This document shows, in pieces, positions 28,345-37,515 of a DNA stretch of 64,000 nt. The notes beneath the pieces were generated by a model that was not told where the DNA came from, did not search any database, and saw only the letters and a program-made list of their open reading frames with translations. Made by a program: the position numbers and the translations under genes. Position 1 is the first letter of the stretch; every line of letters starts with the position of its first letter. Origin of the DNA: a virus (lineage: Duplodnaviria > Heunggongvirae > Uroviricota > Caudoviricetes); IMG/VR virus record IMGVR_UViG_3300027917_003468, positions 1-64,000 of that record; one strand, 5' to 3'.

Positions 28345-28422
28345 TGGCAGGTGGGACAGGATTCGAACCCGCACAGTCTCTGGATTTGGAGTCCAGTGCC
28401 TTACCAGTTTGGCTACCCACCT
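28345..28422 (-). tRNA. tRNA-Trp (CCA), CCA encoded
   Basis: T-loop GGTTCGAATCC; anticodon loop CTCCAAA; acceptor pairs. Confidence 0.7.
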
Positions 28423-28598
28423 ATGTTATCTTTCTTATACCTGTGAAGTCCATTTCTTGCTCCACAGATAGGACATTTTTTCCATTCGTTCACTAACATC
28501 ATATCACATTTGTCGCACCAAAACTTCCCCTTTTTTGGTGTGAATCTTTCTTCTCTATTTGATTGTTTATACTTGTAGAGCTCTAATACTGTTGCCAA
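28413..28598 (-). CDS. small Zn-ribbon protein
   Basis: CDKCD...CPICG; 3' end overlaps tRNA-Trp by ~10 nt. Confidence 0.35.
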   Translation of the reverse strand: MATVLELYKYKQSNREERFTPKKGKFWCDKCDMMLVNEWKKCPICGARNGLHRYKKDNIGG

Positions 28599-28618
28599 TG
28601 TTTACCTCCTGCATGTCA

Positions 28619-29023
28619 TTAAAAGGTATAGAGACTTTCCTTTTTTTCTTTTGCTCGTTGCTGTTGGATTTTGAGGGTTTCGCAGCTCTGTTGTAGTACT
28701 GTGTCATTTGGAGTCCTGCGTAATTCTCTCAGGCAATTATTGTAGTCCCTTTCAAGTGAGTCCTCTAAATAATCATATTGCTGATACTGCTGCCCCTTTT
28801 GGAAATCCTTCATAGTTTGAACTGTTTCAAGTTCTAGTTGTACGATTTTTTGTTCCAATTTCTCTTCAATATGTAAAAATCCTTTCTTCACTTCTTCACA
28901 CTTTGCAAGCCGATCATCGTATTTGATAAATCCAAAAATAAGTCCAAATGCGACACCAACACCAGTAACCGTTTTCCAAATTCTACCGTTAGTTTTCTTT
29001 CTGTTATTATTGTTCTCAGTCAT
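28619..29023 (-). CDS. membrane-anchored coiled-coil protein
   Basis: N-terminal TM segment. Confidence 0.4.
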   Translation of the reverse strand: MTENNNNRKKTNGRIWKTVTGVGVAFGLIFGFIKYDDRLAKCEEVKKGFLHIEEKLEQKIVQLELETVQTMKDFQKGQQYQQYDYLEDSLERDYNNCLRELRRTPNDTVLQQSCETLKIQQQRAKEKKESLYTF

Positions 29024-29079
29024 GGTTCTCTCCTTCTATCCTATTACTGATACTTGACAACAACACTAGTGCTTTCCTC

Positions 29080-29110
29080 TTGACTTTCGATTTTTCTTGC
29101 GTTATTATAT
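29080..29110 (+). promoter_or_regulatory. sigma70-like promoter TTGACT-17-TATTAT(ATAAT)
   Basis: Upstream of + gene 29192. Confidence 0.5.
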
Positions 29111-29191
29111 AATACATAGCTCGTAATGTGCAACCTCAAAACAGAGGCTGGTTAAACAAAAAAGGCCAGTGTAGACAAAGGAGAAGGCTCA

Positions 29192-29656
29192 ATGACAGAA
29201 CAAGATCTAAAGTACCAACAAGAACGTGAATTCGAAACTGGTATGGATGAGTTCTTCAAAGCACACACGCTAGGAAGATCGAGTTCAGAGGCCGAGAATC
29301 TAAGAAATCTGTATGCAAACATCAAGAGAACATTTGATGAGTACCAGCAAGAAAGTCTGGAATCCATCAAGAGAAATCGGACATTTGTAGATAAGGTGCT
29401 TACAGATGCGCAGCAAAATGATAATGCTCGGCAAAACATTGCCAACCAAGCGCTACAGAATGCAGTAGAAACAGCGAATATGGTAGGCAAACAGGCTGTA
29501 CGGCATAGTGACATTGCGATTGATCGGCAGTGGAATGTGGATGAGCAAGGATATACAGCACAGAAAATCCTAGCTGCGATCCAAGATCCCGCAGTGATTG
29601 CTGCTATGGCTGCGTCGATTGCGAAGGCTATGACTGACATGGCCGGTAACAAGTAA
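29192..29656 (+). CDS. hypothetical protein (moron-like: own promoter and terminator, opposite strand to neighbours)
   Basis: RBS AAGGAGAAGG; followed by terminator 29686-29720. Confidence 0.55.
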   Translation: MTEQDLKYQQEREFETGMDEFFKAHTLGRSSSEAENLRNLYANIKRTFDEYQQESLESIKRNRTFVDKVLTDAQQNDNARQNIANQALQNAVETANMVGKQAVRHSDIAIDRQWNVDEQGYTAQKILAAIQDPAVIAAMAASIAKAMTDMAGNK

Positions 29657-29685
29657 CCTGTTCTATTTATAAGAGCTGGAGATAG

Positions 29686-29720
29686 GCGTGGGGCATTGTG
29701 TTCCACGCCTATTTTTTGAT
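29686..29720 (+). terminator. intrinsic terminator ATAGGCGTGG..CCACGCCTAT + T6
   Basis: 10-bp stem plus TTTTTTG. Confidence 0.65.
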
Positions 29721-29791
29721 AGAGACGAAGGGAATTGAACCCCCATATCACGGTTCGTAGCCGTGCGCTCTATCCTTTGAGCTACGTCTCT
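29720..29791 (-). tRNA. tRNA-Arg (ACG)
   Basis: D-arm TAGCTCAAAGGATAGAGC; anticodon arm CACGG-CTACGAA-CCGTG. Confidence 0.75.
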
Positions 29792-30128
29792 ATGGTACGA
29801 AATTGTAACCAAGGTATTCTATCACTCCGTGTACAATTTGCTTTGCTATTTTTTTGTTGGGAGCTGCCTTGATAAATTCATTAATGGCAACTAGAGGAAT
29901 CCTACCATCTTCCAACTTCTCATCCAGAAACCATCCAATATTGTATACTATTGCATCTGCATCTGACATAATCATATACGTTCCAGGGGTGTAGGTGGGT
30001 GGATCGTCTGGACGTTCTTGTGTATTGAATTCCTTATTTTCTTTGAGTGCTTCTCCAATTTCTTTTATCACGAACTCAGATACTTCATCTCCCCATTGCC
30101 AGACTTCTTTGCTCAAATGTGCTGTCAT
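29790..30128 (-). CDS. hypothetical protein
   Basis: ORF between tRNAs. Confidence 0.4.
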   Translation of the reverse strand: MTAHLSKEVWQWGDEVSEFVIKEIGEALKENKEFNTQERPDDPPTYTPGTYMIMSDADAIVYNIGWFLDEKLEDGRIPLVAINEFIKAAPNKKIAKQIVHGVIEYLGYNFVP

Positions 30129-30146
30129 AAGACTCCTCCCGTTTTA

Positions 30147-30222
30147 TGGTGGTGACGATAGGATTCGAACCTATGCTCTCTGGATTATCGGTCCAACGCT
30201 TTACCAGCTAAGCTACGTCACC
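30147..30222 (-). tRNA. tRNA-Ile (GAT) tentative, CCA encoded
   Basis: Acceptor GGTGACG/CGTCACC; D-arm GCTTAGCTGGTAAAGC; anticodon loop CCGATAA (C at position 33 is unusual). Confidence 0.65.
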
Positions 30223-30499
30223 AATTACATTAAATAAAATCCTTCTGTAAACTGCTCAATGAATACGGGGGTACTATCGCCGACCCACGCACCTAAAACA
30301 TTGTATTCAAAATATTCCATAGCTTCATCGTTGGTCATACCTTTTCCTATTAATATCTGGATACAATTGTCATAATCATAACATGCCACTGCAGGTTGCC
30401 CCGCTCGATAACATATTCCTATTAAAGCCTCTTCAAATCCATCAGCAAGTAAAGCATCTTCATTTGCATCGGTAAGCATCTCAACCTTCTCCTCAAATT

Positions 30500-31261
30500 T
30501 CATAAGATATGTACTCCCAATGAATGTCTGAATGCTTTTGATATCACAGTCTTTCCTGTGAGTAATTTGGTTCTTCCTAGGGTTTTAAATTTTTTGGGAA
30601 AGATACTATTGTACAAGGTGAAGCAGAGAGTATCTTCACTAATCAATGACATCATACGTTTCTCTTCCTTAAAGAACAGACCTGCATTTTCGATTTTTAC
30701 AGGATATACCTTTCTCTGTTCCACCTTGTAACATTTTTTGTGAAGCTTTTGGACTATTGGTGTTAATGATTTGTGGCCAAGATCTCCCCATTTGAACTTC
30801 GTCTTGTTTTTGATTAGATAATCTAGTATATTGACGTAAGCTGAAATAATCTTTCCACCCTTCTGACTGCCCATAAAGCAAGCACCTACATACTGTTTCT
30901 TGTACGCCTCTTGAATACTGTAAACAAAATCCTTTTTCATTTTATGTAGTGCCGCATGAACCTCCTCAAAATCTCTTATAACCAATGTATCTGAATCTAG
31001 CCACACACCACCATATTTTTTTAGAAGAGCGGCTCGTATATAATTGGATCTGGCTGTAACTGTATGTACTGGATTAGTGTCGTACCCAACTTGATATACT
31101 CTTTCATTCAGATCTGGTAAAAATTTTCTCAGATTTTTGGGAGTTATGTGATTAACTGTAAAGTGCTTGCTGCAGTGCTTTGTTATAGTCTCCTCACATA
31201 CACTTATATATCCAGGTTTTGATGATCCTTTAGGCGTTTCCCAATAAGTAAATAAGTGCAT
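30500..31261 (-). CDS. DxD-type glycosyltransferase (capsule-synthesis/Gly_transf_sug-like)
   Basis: AALLKKYGGVWLDSDT motif. Confidence 0.45.
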   Translation of the reverse strand: MHLFTYWETPKGSSKPGYISVCEETITKHCSKHFTVNHITPKNLRKFLPDLNERVYQVGYDTNPVHTVTARSNYIRAALLKKYGGVWLDSDTLVIRDFEEVHAALHKMKKDFVYSIQEAYKKQYVGACFMGSQKGGKIISAYVNILDYLIKNKTKFKWGDLGHKSLTPIVQKLHKKCYKVEQRKVYPVKIENAGLFFKEEKRMMSLISEDTLCFTLYNSIFPKKFKTLGRTKLLTGKTVISKAFRHSLGVHIL

Positions 31262-31413
31262 AATATTAGCTCATGCACTGGCACATCTGGCATATAACAA
31301 TAATAAACATTACAACTCCCAGCTCATTTAGATGCCTTTCGATTTGGGTCAGCAACTCAATAATTTGGTTAGCACTTTCAGGATCCATATATACTATATC
31401 TCCATTCTGCTGA

Positions 31414-31896
31414 TTATGGTAAACTTATTGATACAACTGGTGAATTGTTGTTTGTCTCATCTGATTCATCCACTCGACAATGTTCTGGCATGAATTCATC
31501 ACCAGCACAGCTATCACCTTCGGCCCACATATCAACAGTTATACCATGTGTCTGGGGTATAAAGGTAACTACTCCAACAAATGTCTCCTCATATCCTTCT
31601 CTTAATGAGGCTGTAGTAGACGGATACCAAAAATTCGTTTGCCCAGGAACAGCAAATGAGACTACAAAAGGTGGATGATAGGCTTCTGTACTATTGGCCC
31701 ACATAGCTGTTTTGAATGTACCAGCACTTCCATCACCTTGATTCCTTACTGTTACTGTTGCTGGAACTTGAACAGATCCAGCCGCATTGATTGATGGAGT
31801 TCCTAATATAAGATTAGGTACCACTATGTCAGGTGTGCAACCAAACAAAGTGATTATAAGGAGGAAAATTGATGTTAAGATGTAATATGATTTCAT
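31414..31896 (-). CDS. lipoprotein
   Basis: Signal plus lipobox LFGC. Confidence 0.45.
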   Translation of the reverse strand: MKSYYILTSIFLLIITLFGCTPDIVVPNLILGTPSINAAGSVQVPATVTVRNQGDGSAGTFKTAMWANSTEAYHPPFVVSFAVPGQTNFWYPSTTASLREGYEETFVGVVTFIPQTHGITVDMWAEGDSCAGDEFMPEHCRVDESDETNNNSPVVSISLP

Positions 31897-31995
31897 AATG
31901 CATGCTCCCTTCTATTATGATAATTATGTAACTACTGCCTACAAACTTAACCTTTTATTTTATATTTATAAGGCACTTTTATGTGCTCTTGTTTT

Positions 31996-32070
31996 TGGGA
32001 GCAGGGAGGGGATTCGAACCCCTGTAGACTGGCGTATGAGACCAGTGAGAAACCACTTCTCCACCCTGCT
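31996..32070 (-). tRNA. tRNA-Met/CAT-anticodon tRNA (could be initiator, elongator or lysidine-Ile)
   Basis: Acceptor AGCAGGG/CCCTGCT; anticodon arm CTGGT-CTCATAC-GCCAG; T-loop GGGGTTCGAATCCCC; CCA encoded. Confidence 0.7.
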
Positions 32071-32248
32071 ATATTAGTTCAGGTGGCCCATAAGGTCCAG
32101 ATACTTCGATATGTCTGATATTTAGTATTGTTACTCCCTCGTACATCAGTTCTCTCCTTGCCTTCATCTCTGCTTCTTTTACAGATCCAGCGTCTATCAA
32201 AAAGGAGTCGATTGCTTCATACACGATTTCTACTTGATATTCGGGCAT
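32069..32248 (-). CDS. small protein between tRNAs (start MPEYQVE, RBS AAAGGGGGGA)
   Basis: Trimmed so it does not overlap the tRNAs. Confidence 0.35.
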   Translation of the reverse strand: MPEYQVEIVYEAIDSFLIDAGSVKEAEMKARRELMYEGVTILNIRHIEVSGPYGPPELI

Positions 32249-32269
32249 GGTCTGTTCTCCCCCCTTTAA

Positions 32270-32345
32270 TGGAAGGCGTGGCGGGACTCGAACCCACAAC
32301 TTTCAGCTTAGAAGGCTGATACTCTTTCCGTTGAGTTACACGCCT
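32270..32345 (-). tRNA. tRNA-Arg (TCT), CCA encoded
   Basis: Acceptor AGGCGTG/CACGCCT; anticodon arm TCAGC-CTTCTAA-GCTGA; T-loop GGGTTCGAGTCCCG. Confidence 0.7.
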
Positions 32346-32791
32346 ACTTATTATTTCTTTAAAAGTTTTCCTATTGTACTGTTCTTCCCATACCATTCAT
32401 AACTGCAAAGTATCCTCTCATCCCACTCGTAACTGTGATGTAGTAACTTTCCATCCTGCCTTCTCCTTTTCGTACCTTTCTATTAGCCGAGATCTTATCC
32501 TTGTGGTATATTTTGATCTCCATATCCATCTTGAAACTAAATCCCTAAATATGGTTATAGGTGATGTCACTAGTCTCAATGGAAAAATTTGAAAGGCACA
32601 GATATTACAATGGAGGACGCAACTGCCTTTCCTCAGCTCATTGAAAAATGATATGGATTTTGGGGGAACACATTTATTATCTGCTATCCAAGGTGTTTCA
32701 AATCCAAAGTAAGTTACCCACGACCAACTTTCATATATGTGGTAGATCCTTGGGAATTTTTCTTTGAGTGCCATTCTATTCTCCTTTGGTA

Positions 32792-32879
32792 TGGCGGAGG
32801 GTAGAGGATTCGAACCCCTGCAGGTGTCACCCTGATGTCGATTTTCAAGACCGCTACCTTACCACTCGGTCAACCCTCC
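32792..32879 (-). tRNA. tRNA-Ser (TGA), long variable arm, CCA encoded
   Basis: Acceptor GGAGGGT/ACCCTCC; anticodon loop CTTGAAA; long extra arm. Confidence 0.65.
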
Positions 32880-33307
32880 TATCGTACTACTTCCTCTAAG
32901 ATAGTTCTGAATTTAGCTCTGTATGTAATATTACCGCACCACTTTCCTTTTTCAAATATATCTTCAAATAAGCATCTGATAACAACAATATCACGATACC
33001 TATTACCACCTAAATTTTTCAACTTTAGAGCGCCGTGTTTAGTTGGAAAGAAATAAAATCCGCCAACTTTGGAATTTTTTCTAATTGCTATTTCCTTACA
33101 GATTATTCCCTCCTCATCAGTTGTATAACTCCGATACGTTGCTCTATATCGTTTTTCTTTCTCATAGTTATAAGAAACGCAGTAAAACGGTATATAATAA
33201 TCATCACGCTTCTCGGTTACGGCATAGCCGATCTTCTTATCAATATGAACTCTTTCTCCTGTTCCGAGATCTAAACACATATTGATGCCTTTCTTATTAA
33301 TTAGCTC

Positions 33308-33577
33308 CTATTCATATCCAAGAGTCCTATCGATTTCATCTTTTATTTGTTGCAGTCCTTCCTCAGTATAATACATCAAATGCATACTGCCATCTTTACA
33401 TTTATACACACGCCCAAGTTCCTCTGAATCTAGTGGTTCGTAAAAAATTATAATACACTCGCAATTCAATGGTACAAAGTTTTCTAGCTTTCGTTCTTTT
33501 ATTTGTCGGCTTTCTGATGGGGTATATGAGAGAAGCAGTAGTATCAAAAGGACAAGCATAGATAGCTTGTTTCTCAT
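33308..33577 (-). CDS. small secreted protein
   Basis: Signal peptide MRNKLSMLVLLILLLLS. Confidence 0.4.
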   Translation of the reverse strand: MRNKLSMLVLLILLLLSYTPSESRQIKERKLENFVPLNCECIIIFYEPLDSEELGRVYKCKDGSMHLMYYTEEGLQQIKDEIDRTLGYE

Positions 33578-33615
33578 GGTATCTCTTATGTGTTGTAAGG
33601 TTCATCTTATTTTCT

Positions 33616-33795
33616 TTATATATCCTTCCCCAACCAAATTTCTGCTTCGTCCTCTGCCTTGTAATCGTCGGATTTTTTGTAGCACTCATCACTACAATAG
33701 ATCCACCACCAATCTTCCCAGAATTCACTGTATTTGTCAAATCTTTGTGTGGGACGTTTACATATGGGACAAATAAATTTATACCATCCACTCAT
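33616..33795 (-). CDS. 59-aa Zn-ribbon protein (MSGWYKFICPICKRPT...), ATGA-coupled to upstream gene; not in the ORF track (below its length threshold)
   Basis: Read by hand from the minus strand; C..C...C..C pattern; the end coordinate is approximate by ±1 nt. Confidence 0.35.
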   Translation of the reverse strand: MSGWYKFICPICKRPTQRFDKYSEFWEDWWWIYCSDECYKKSDDYKAEDEAEIWLGKDI

Positions 33796-35060
33796 ACTGC
33801 TCTTATTCCAATCCTTGCCTTTTCAATCTGTTGCTTGGGTAGAGTATTTTTATTTATTTCTGCATAGAGAGTAGACAGTGTGTATGTATCCTTATCCTTA
33901 ATCCAAGTACTCTTCTTACCTCTGTCCTTTAGCCATTTTTTAGCTTGAGAACTTGTAAACGGCTCGAATTTGAGTTTTTGTAAGCATCTTCCAGATCTAA
34001 GAAAAGCTGGATCAATATCTTGTTCTTTTTCATTAGAGGTTATGAGAAAGAGTAGTCGTAATCCCTGCCCTAAAATACCGTCTGTAAGATTAAGCAGCCG
34101 AGACATCGCACCACTTTCATGTACTCTGGATTCCTTCAAAAGAAAGTTCAGACCGTCTTCAATGATAAAAAGCTTGAGTGCAGCGTTTTCTTTTCTTTCC
34201 TGTTGTCTGCTACTCTCTCCAAATGCTGTTAGTGGTATCTCCGAGTCAGAGCGGAAATCTGATATGATGATCTCTTTCATATATCCACCGTCATTAAAGA
34301 AACGTTCTGGGTCAATTACATAAATAAAATCAACATCGTTTTTCCATTCTCTCATCAGAGCACGGATGAGAAAGCTCTTCCCAGTACCTGGATCTCCGTG
34401 CCAAAATATAAATTTTCCAAGATCATCGGGTTGTTCTGCATGCAGTAAACTTTCTACATGCTCTTCAAGTAGAGGATAATTCGGTTTGATCTCTCCCCAT
34501 GACGGACAAATAATCTCTCGGCTTGATATGTTTGCATCACCAGAACTATCCATATAGGTAAAGGTTACTCTTACAATTCTAGGATCTTTCGGTAAGGCAA
34601 TATATTCTTCCAAAAGTTTATTAAAAAAAGGAAGGAGCTGTTGATGAAAATAAGCCTGTCCTTGTACTAGATCTTGTGCATATAAATCTACTACGAATGT
34701 TCCTATATGAAATGTAAGTTTAAGGACTATAGTTCCCTCTACTGGAGTACTAATCCATCTACTAGGTATGACTTTATAAATATACTGGTACTTATATCCA
34801 CTGTATCGATAATTAATTATTGTGTATTGATCTCTATCAAGTTTATTGATAACTATATCTCTACGAAATGTATCAGATAGTTTTTGCCACATCGCACTAT
34901 CAATATAACGTATATGTTCACCTTTAAACTCGTCGAGAATACTTGTATACTTTGCAAATTCTTCAATATCGTTTGCAAAAATCGTATGAGTTTCTTTTTT
35001 CATGCCTCCCCTTTCAGATATATGCCTGTTGACGCCCCATTGGGGCGTAGTCAACCACAC
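33792..35060 (-). CDS. AAA-family ATPase
   Basis: Walker A GDPGTGKS; Walker B FIIED; RSGRCLQKLKF arginine-finger/sensor region. Confidence 0.65.
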   Translation of the reverse strand: MWLTTPQWGVNRHISERGGMKKETHTIFANDIEEFAKYTSILDEFKGEHIRYIDSAMWQKLSDTFRRDIVINKLDRDQYTIINYRYSGYKYQYIYKVIPSRWISTPVEGTIVLKLTFHIGTFVVDLYAQDLVQGQAYFHQQLLPFFNKLLEEYIALPKDPRIVRVTFTYMDSSGDANISSREIICPSWGEIKPNYPLLEEHVESLLHAEQPDDLGKFIFWHGDPGTGKSFLIRALMREWKNDVDFIYVIDPERFFNDGGYMKEIIISDFRSDSEIPLTAFGESSRQQERKENAALKLFIIEDGLNFLLKESRVHESGAMSRLLNLTDGILGQGLRLLFLITSNEKEQDIDPAFLRSGRCLQKLKFEPFTSSQAKKWLKDRGKKSTWIKDKDTYTLSTLYAEINKNTLPKQQIEKARIGIRAV

Positions 35061-35223
35061 CTGTCACAGAGGTATTGGTAACACATATGTCCTGTTCCTG
35101 TATCAGGCATGCCAGATATCACCCCCTTTCATATATAGAAGGATGAGGCACAGATGATCCGACCGTGGTGATGTTTTTGCAGTACAAGGAGAAATATCTC
35201 TGTGCCCCATCCTATGCACTTAT

Positions 35224-35637
35224 TTATTTTACATCAGTTACTTGTAGATTTGTACATCCTTGTGGTGGCTCAATAGCAGGTGTAGTAGCTTGAATGATGT
35301 TCGTCCAACAAAATATGATGCCTGTCCCATAATGAGCACCAACACGAATCTCATACGTCGTTTCTGGCGGAAGATCTTGAATAGTAAAGGTCTTTTGTCT
35401 GTCAGTACTATCAGAAGTATTCCAGATTGTAGAACCCAAAACTCGCCACTGCACTCGTGAAATGATTGGCTTATCTGGAGGGATAGGGTATCCTGCTATT
35501 GAACAATCCCCATCTGAAACTGTAGTTAATGGTAAATCCCATGCTAGGCTAATAGAGTGGGAGTTTGCCGCTTGCGTAACACTTCCAATCAAACTACACA
35601 CTAAAATGGCAATTAGTAGTAACCTGTACAATCTCAT
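35224..35637 (-). CDS. secreted protein, possible FN3-like fold
   Basis: Signal peptide ending VTQA. Confidence 0.4.
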   Translation of the reverse strand: MRLYRLLLIAILVCSLIGSVTQAANSHSISLAWDLPLTTVSDGDCSIAGYPIPPDKPIISRVQWRVLGSTIWNTSDSTDRQKTFTIQDLPPETTYEIRVGAHYGTGIIFCWTNIIQATTPAIEPPQGCTNLQVTDVK

Positions 35638-35849
35638 TTTTTATTCCTCCGTTCTTGTTTGGGTTTACCTACGATAAGTGACATTGGAATTTGATGGTAG
35701 TCGAGCTCTTCTACAATGGCTTCTGCAATTTCTCTTGGTTGTTCTTCAATGTGTCTGTAAATAATAAATACTATCTCGTCTACTTTTGATTCCATGAAAA
35801 TTTTGAGCTCTTCGGGTGTCACGTTTTTGCTAATTTCTCCAATGCACCT

Positions 35850-36731
35850 TTATATTTTTACTATATGTTGTTGCAGAAGCAAAGCAAACTCACTTTCACG
35901 ATCAAGTTCTCTCATATCTATTTTCCATGGTACAAGTTCGGCTCCATCACCTCTAATGGTATAGAATTCTCCACATTCGTCGCACACATAAATACAATGG
36001 TATCTATTTTGCTCTACTCCTACAGCGTTTTGGAGCTCAGGTAATACAATTTTAAGAAGACCAGTACTTTTCATGGTATGTATCATATTGCTGGGTACTG
36101 GATATTTCATTCCTTTTATGAGCTCCATCCTCAGCCTTTCTGCAGAGATACGTCTAATCTGCCGTGCATTTCTCCTTATACCGTTGAAGGTTTCTGGTGC
36201 TATGCTCATGTCCATGTCCAACGCCATGAACCGGCAAGCTCTCAACATTCTTAAGTAATCTTCCTGAAACCGTTTGTCTGCATTCCCTACAGTACGAATG
36301 ACTTTGTGGGAAATATCACGCTGTCCACCAAAGGGATCTAAAATACCATCGGTCTCCAAATCCAGTGCTATGGCATTCATAGTAAAATCTCGACGTTCAA
36401 GGTCGTCATTAATACTGTTAGAGAATTTTACAATGGGTTTCCTACCATTACATTGGAGATCCTTCCTAAAAGTAGTAATTTCAACTGCGTAATTTCGTTC
36501 TTTGCAGTAGATACCTAAAGTGCCGAAACTCTTACCAACACTGTAAATATAATAATCAGAGAATAACTTTTCGATTTCGTGCGGTTTCGCATTAGTGGCA
36601 AGATCTATATCTAATGGTTCTCTCTTGAGGTAAAGATCCCGCAGATATCCGCCGACAATATATGCCTTGTATCCTCTGCATATAAGCCTCTCGCCTATAA
36701 TCTGTGCAAATTCACCTAGTACGACACTCAT
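35850..36731 (-). CDS. cca: tRNA nucleotidyltransferase (CCA-adding enzyme) head/neck domain
   Basis: VGGYLRDLYL...DIDLAT (GGxxRD..DxD) and RRDFTMNA motifs. Confidence 0.8.
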   Translation of the reverse strand: MSVVLGEFAQIIGERLICRGYKAYIVGGYLRDLYLKREPLDIDLATNAKPHEIEKLFSDYYIYSVGKSFGTLGIYCKERNYAVEITTFRKDLQCNGRKPIVKFSNSINDDLERRDFTMNAIALDLETDGILDPFGGQRDISHKVIRTVGNADKRFQEDYLRMLRACRFMALDMDMSIAPETFNGIRRNARQIRRISAERLRMELIKGMKYPVPSNMIHTMKSTGLLKIVLPELQNAVGVEQNRYHCIYVCDECGEFYTIRGDGAELVPWKIDMRELDRESEFALLLQQHIVKI

Positions 36732-37392
36732 ATAAATATCTCTTTACCCTGTGTAGGAGTAGTTCTTTCTTATTGATCTCTGGATGTTCTAGTACCTGTT
36801 CGAGTAGGTGATTCAGAAGCTTTCCAAATACAGGTCCAGGTTTCAGTCCTAACTCGATCAGGTCATGCCCATTGATATCCAAATCGGTTACCTGCATCGG
36901 TGGTTGTTCAGTTTCAATCTCTCTAATTTTCTTTATGAGCTCTTTCAGATGAAAGTTGATTGGGGGTAAACCAGCCTTTGCCAGATTCCCTTTTCGGTCT
37001 GCAATCCGTAACCTTAAGTTGTCTCGGTAATCAGGATTGTTTACCATCCACCTCTTGATACTCTTGGGCTTTGTATCAGGAGTTACGAAATGCATGTGAT
37101 TCCTGACAACTCTGCAGATGTACTCCGTCTCGTTGTTACTGAATTTTAACCGGTCGCAGATCTCTCGGACCATCTTTTCACCCTCTACTTCGTGGGCAAA
37201 GAAATGATAGTCACCAGTATCTTTATCAACAGTACGAGTAGGCACTTTTCCAATATCATGGAGTAGTGCTGCTAACCGTAGAAGTGGGAATCGAGGGTTA
37301 ATTGCGTCCATTGTACGTACACTATGGCTGTACACGTCAGATACCTCTTCCACGCACTTTAGGTTCTCGTATTTGCATTTGTGCTTTTTCAT
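36712..37392 (-). CDS. HD-domain plus CCA-enzyme C-terminal tail domain protein (separate ORF upstream of, and overlapping by 20 nt, the NTase head)
   Basis: LAALLHDIGK ... NHMHF HD motifs; tail TDLDINGHDLIELGLKPGPVFGKLL resembles CCA/poly(A) polymerase C-terminal domains. Confidence 0.65.
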   Translation of the reverse strand: MKKHKCKYENLKCVEEVSDVYSHSVRTMDAINPRFPLLRLAALLHDIGKVPTRTVDKDTGDYHFFAHEVEGEKMVREICDRLKFSNNETEYICRVVRNHMHFVTPDTKPKSIKRWMVNNPDYRDNLRLRIADRKGNLAKAGLPPINFHLKELIKKIREIETEQPPMQVTDLDINGHDLIELGLKPGPVFGKLLNHLLEQVLEHPEINKKELLLHRVKRYLYECRTR

Positions 37393-37440
37393 TTTTTCCT
37401 TGCGTGTTTTTACCCTGCATTTGCGTACTATCTCTACGCA

Positions 37441-37515
37441 TGGTGGTGGTGTCGGGGATCGAACCCGAATCTTGCCGTTATAAGCGACCTACTCTGCCCA
37501 TTGAGTTACACCACC
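37441..37515 (-). tRNA. tRNA-Ile (TAT) tentative, CCA encoded
   Basis: Acceptor GGTGGTG/CACCACC; D-arm ACTCAATGGGCAGAGT; anticodon loop CTTATAA (top stem pair mismatched); T-loop GGGTTCGATCCCC. Confidence 0.6.

Noticed and set aside
33402-33791. 129-aa ORF starting at a GTG
   Set aside because: Non-ATG start with no RBS. It overlaps the signal-peptide ORF 33308..33577. A 59-aa ATG-initiated Zn-ribbon ORF coupled to the upstream gene explains the region better.
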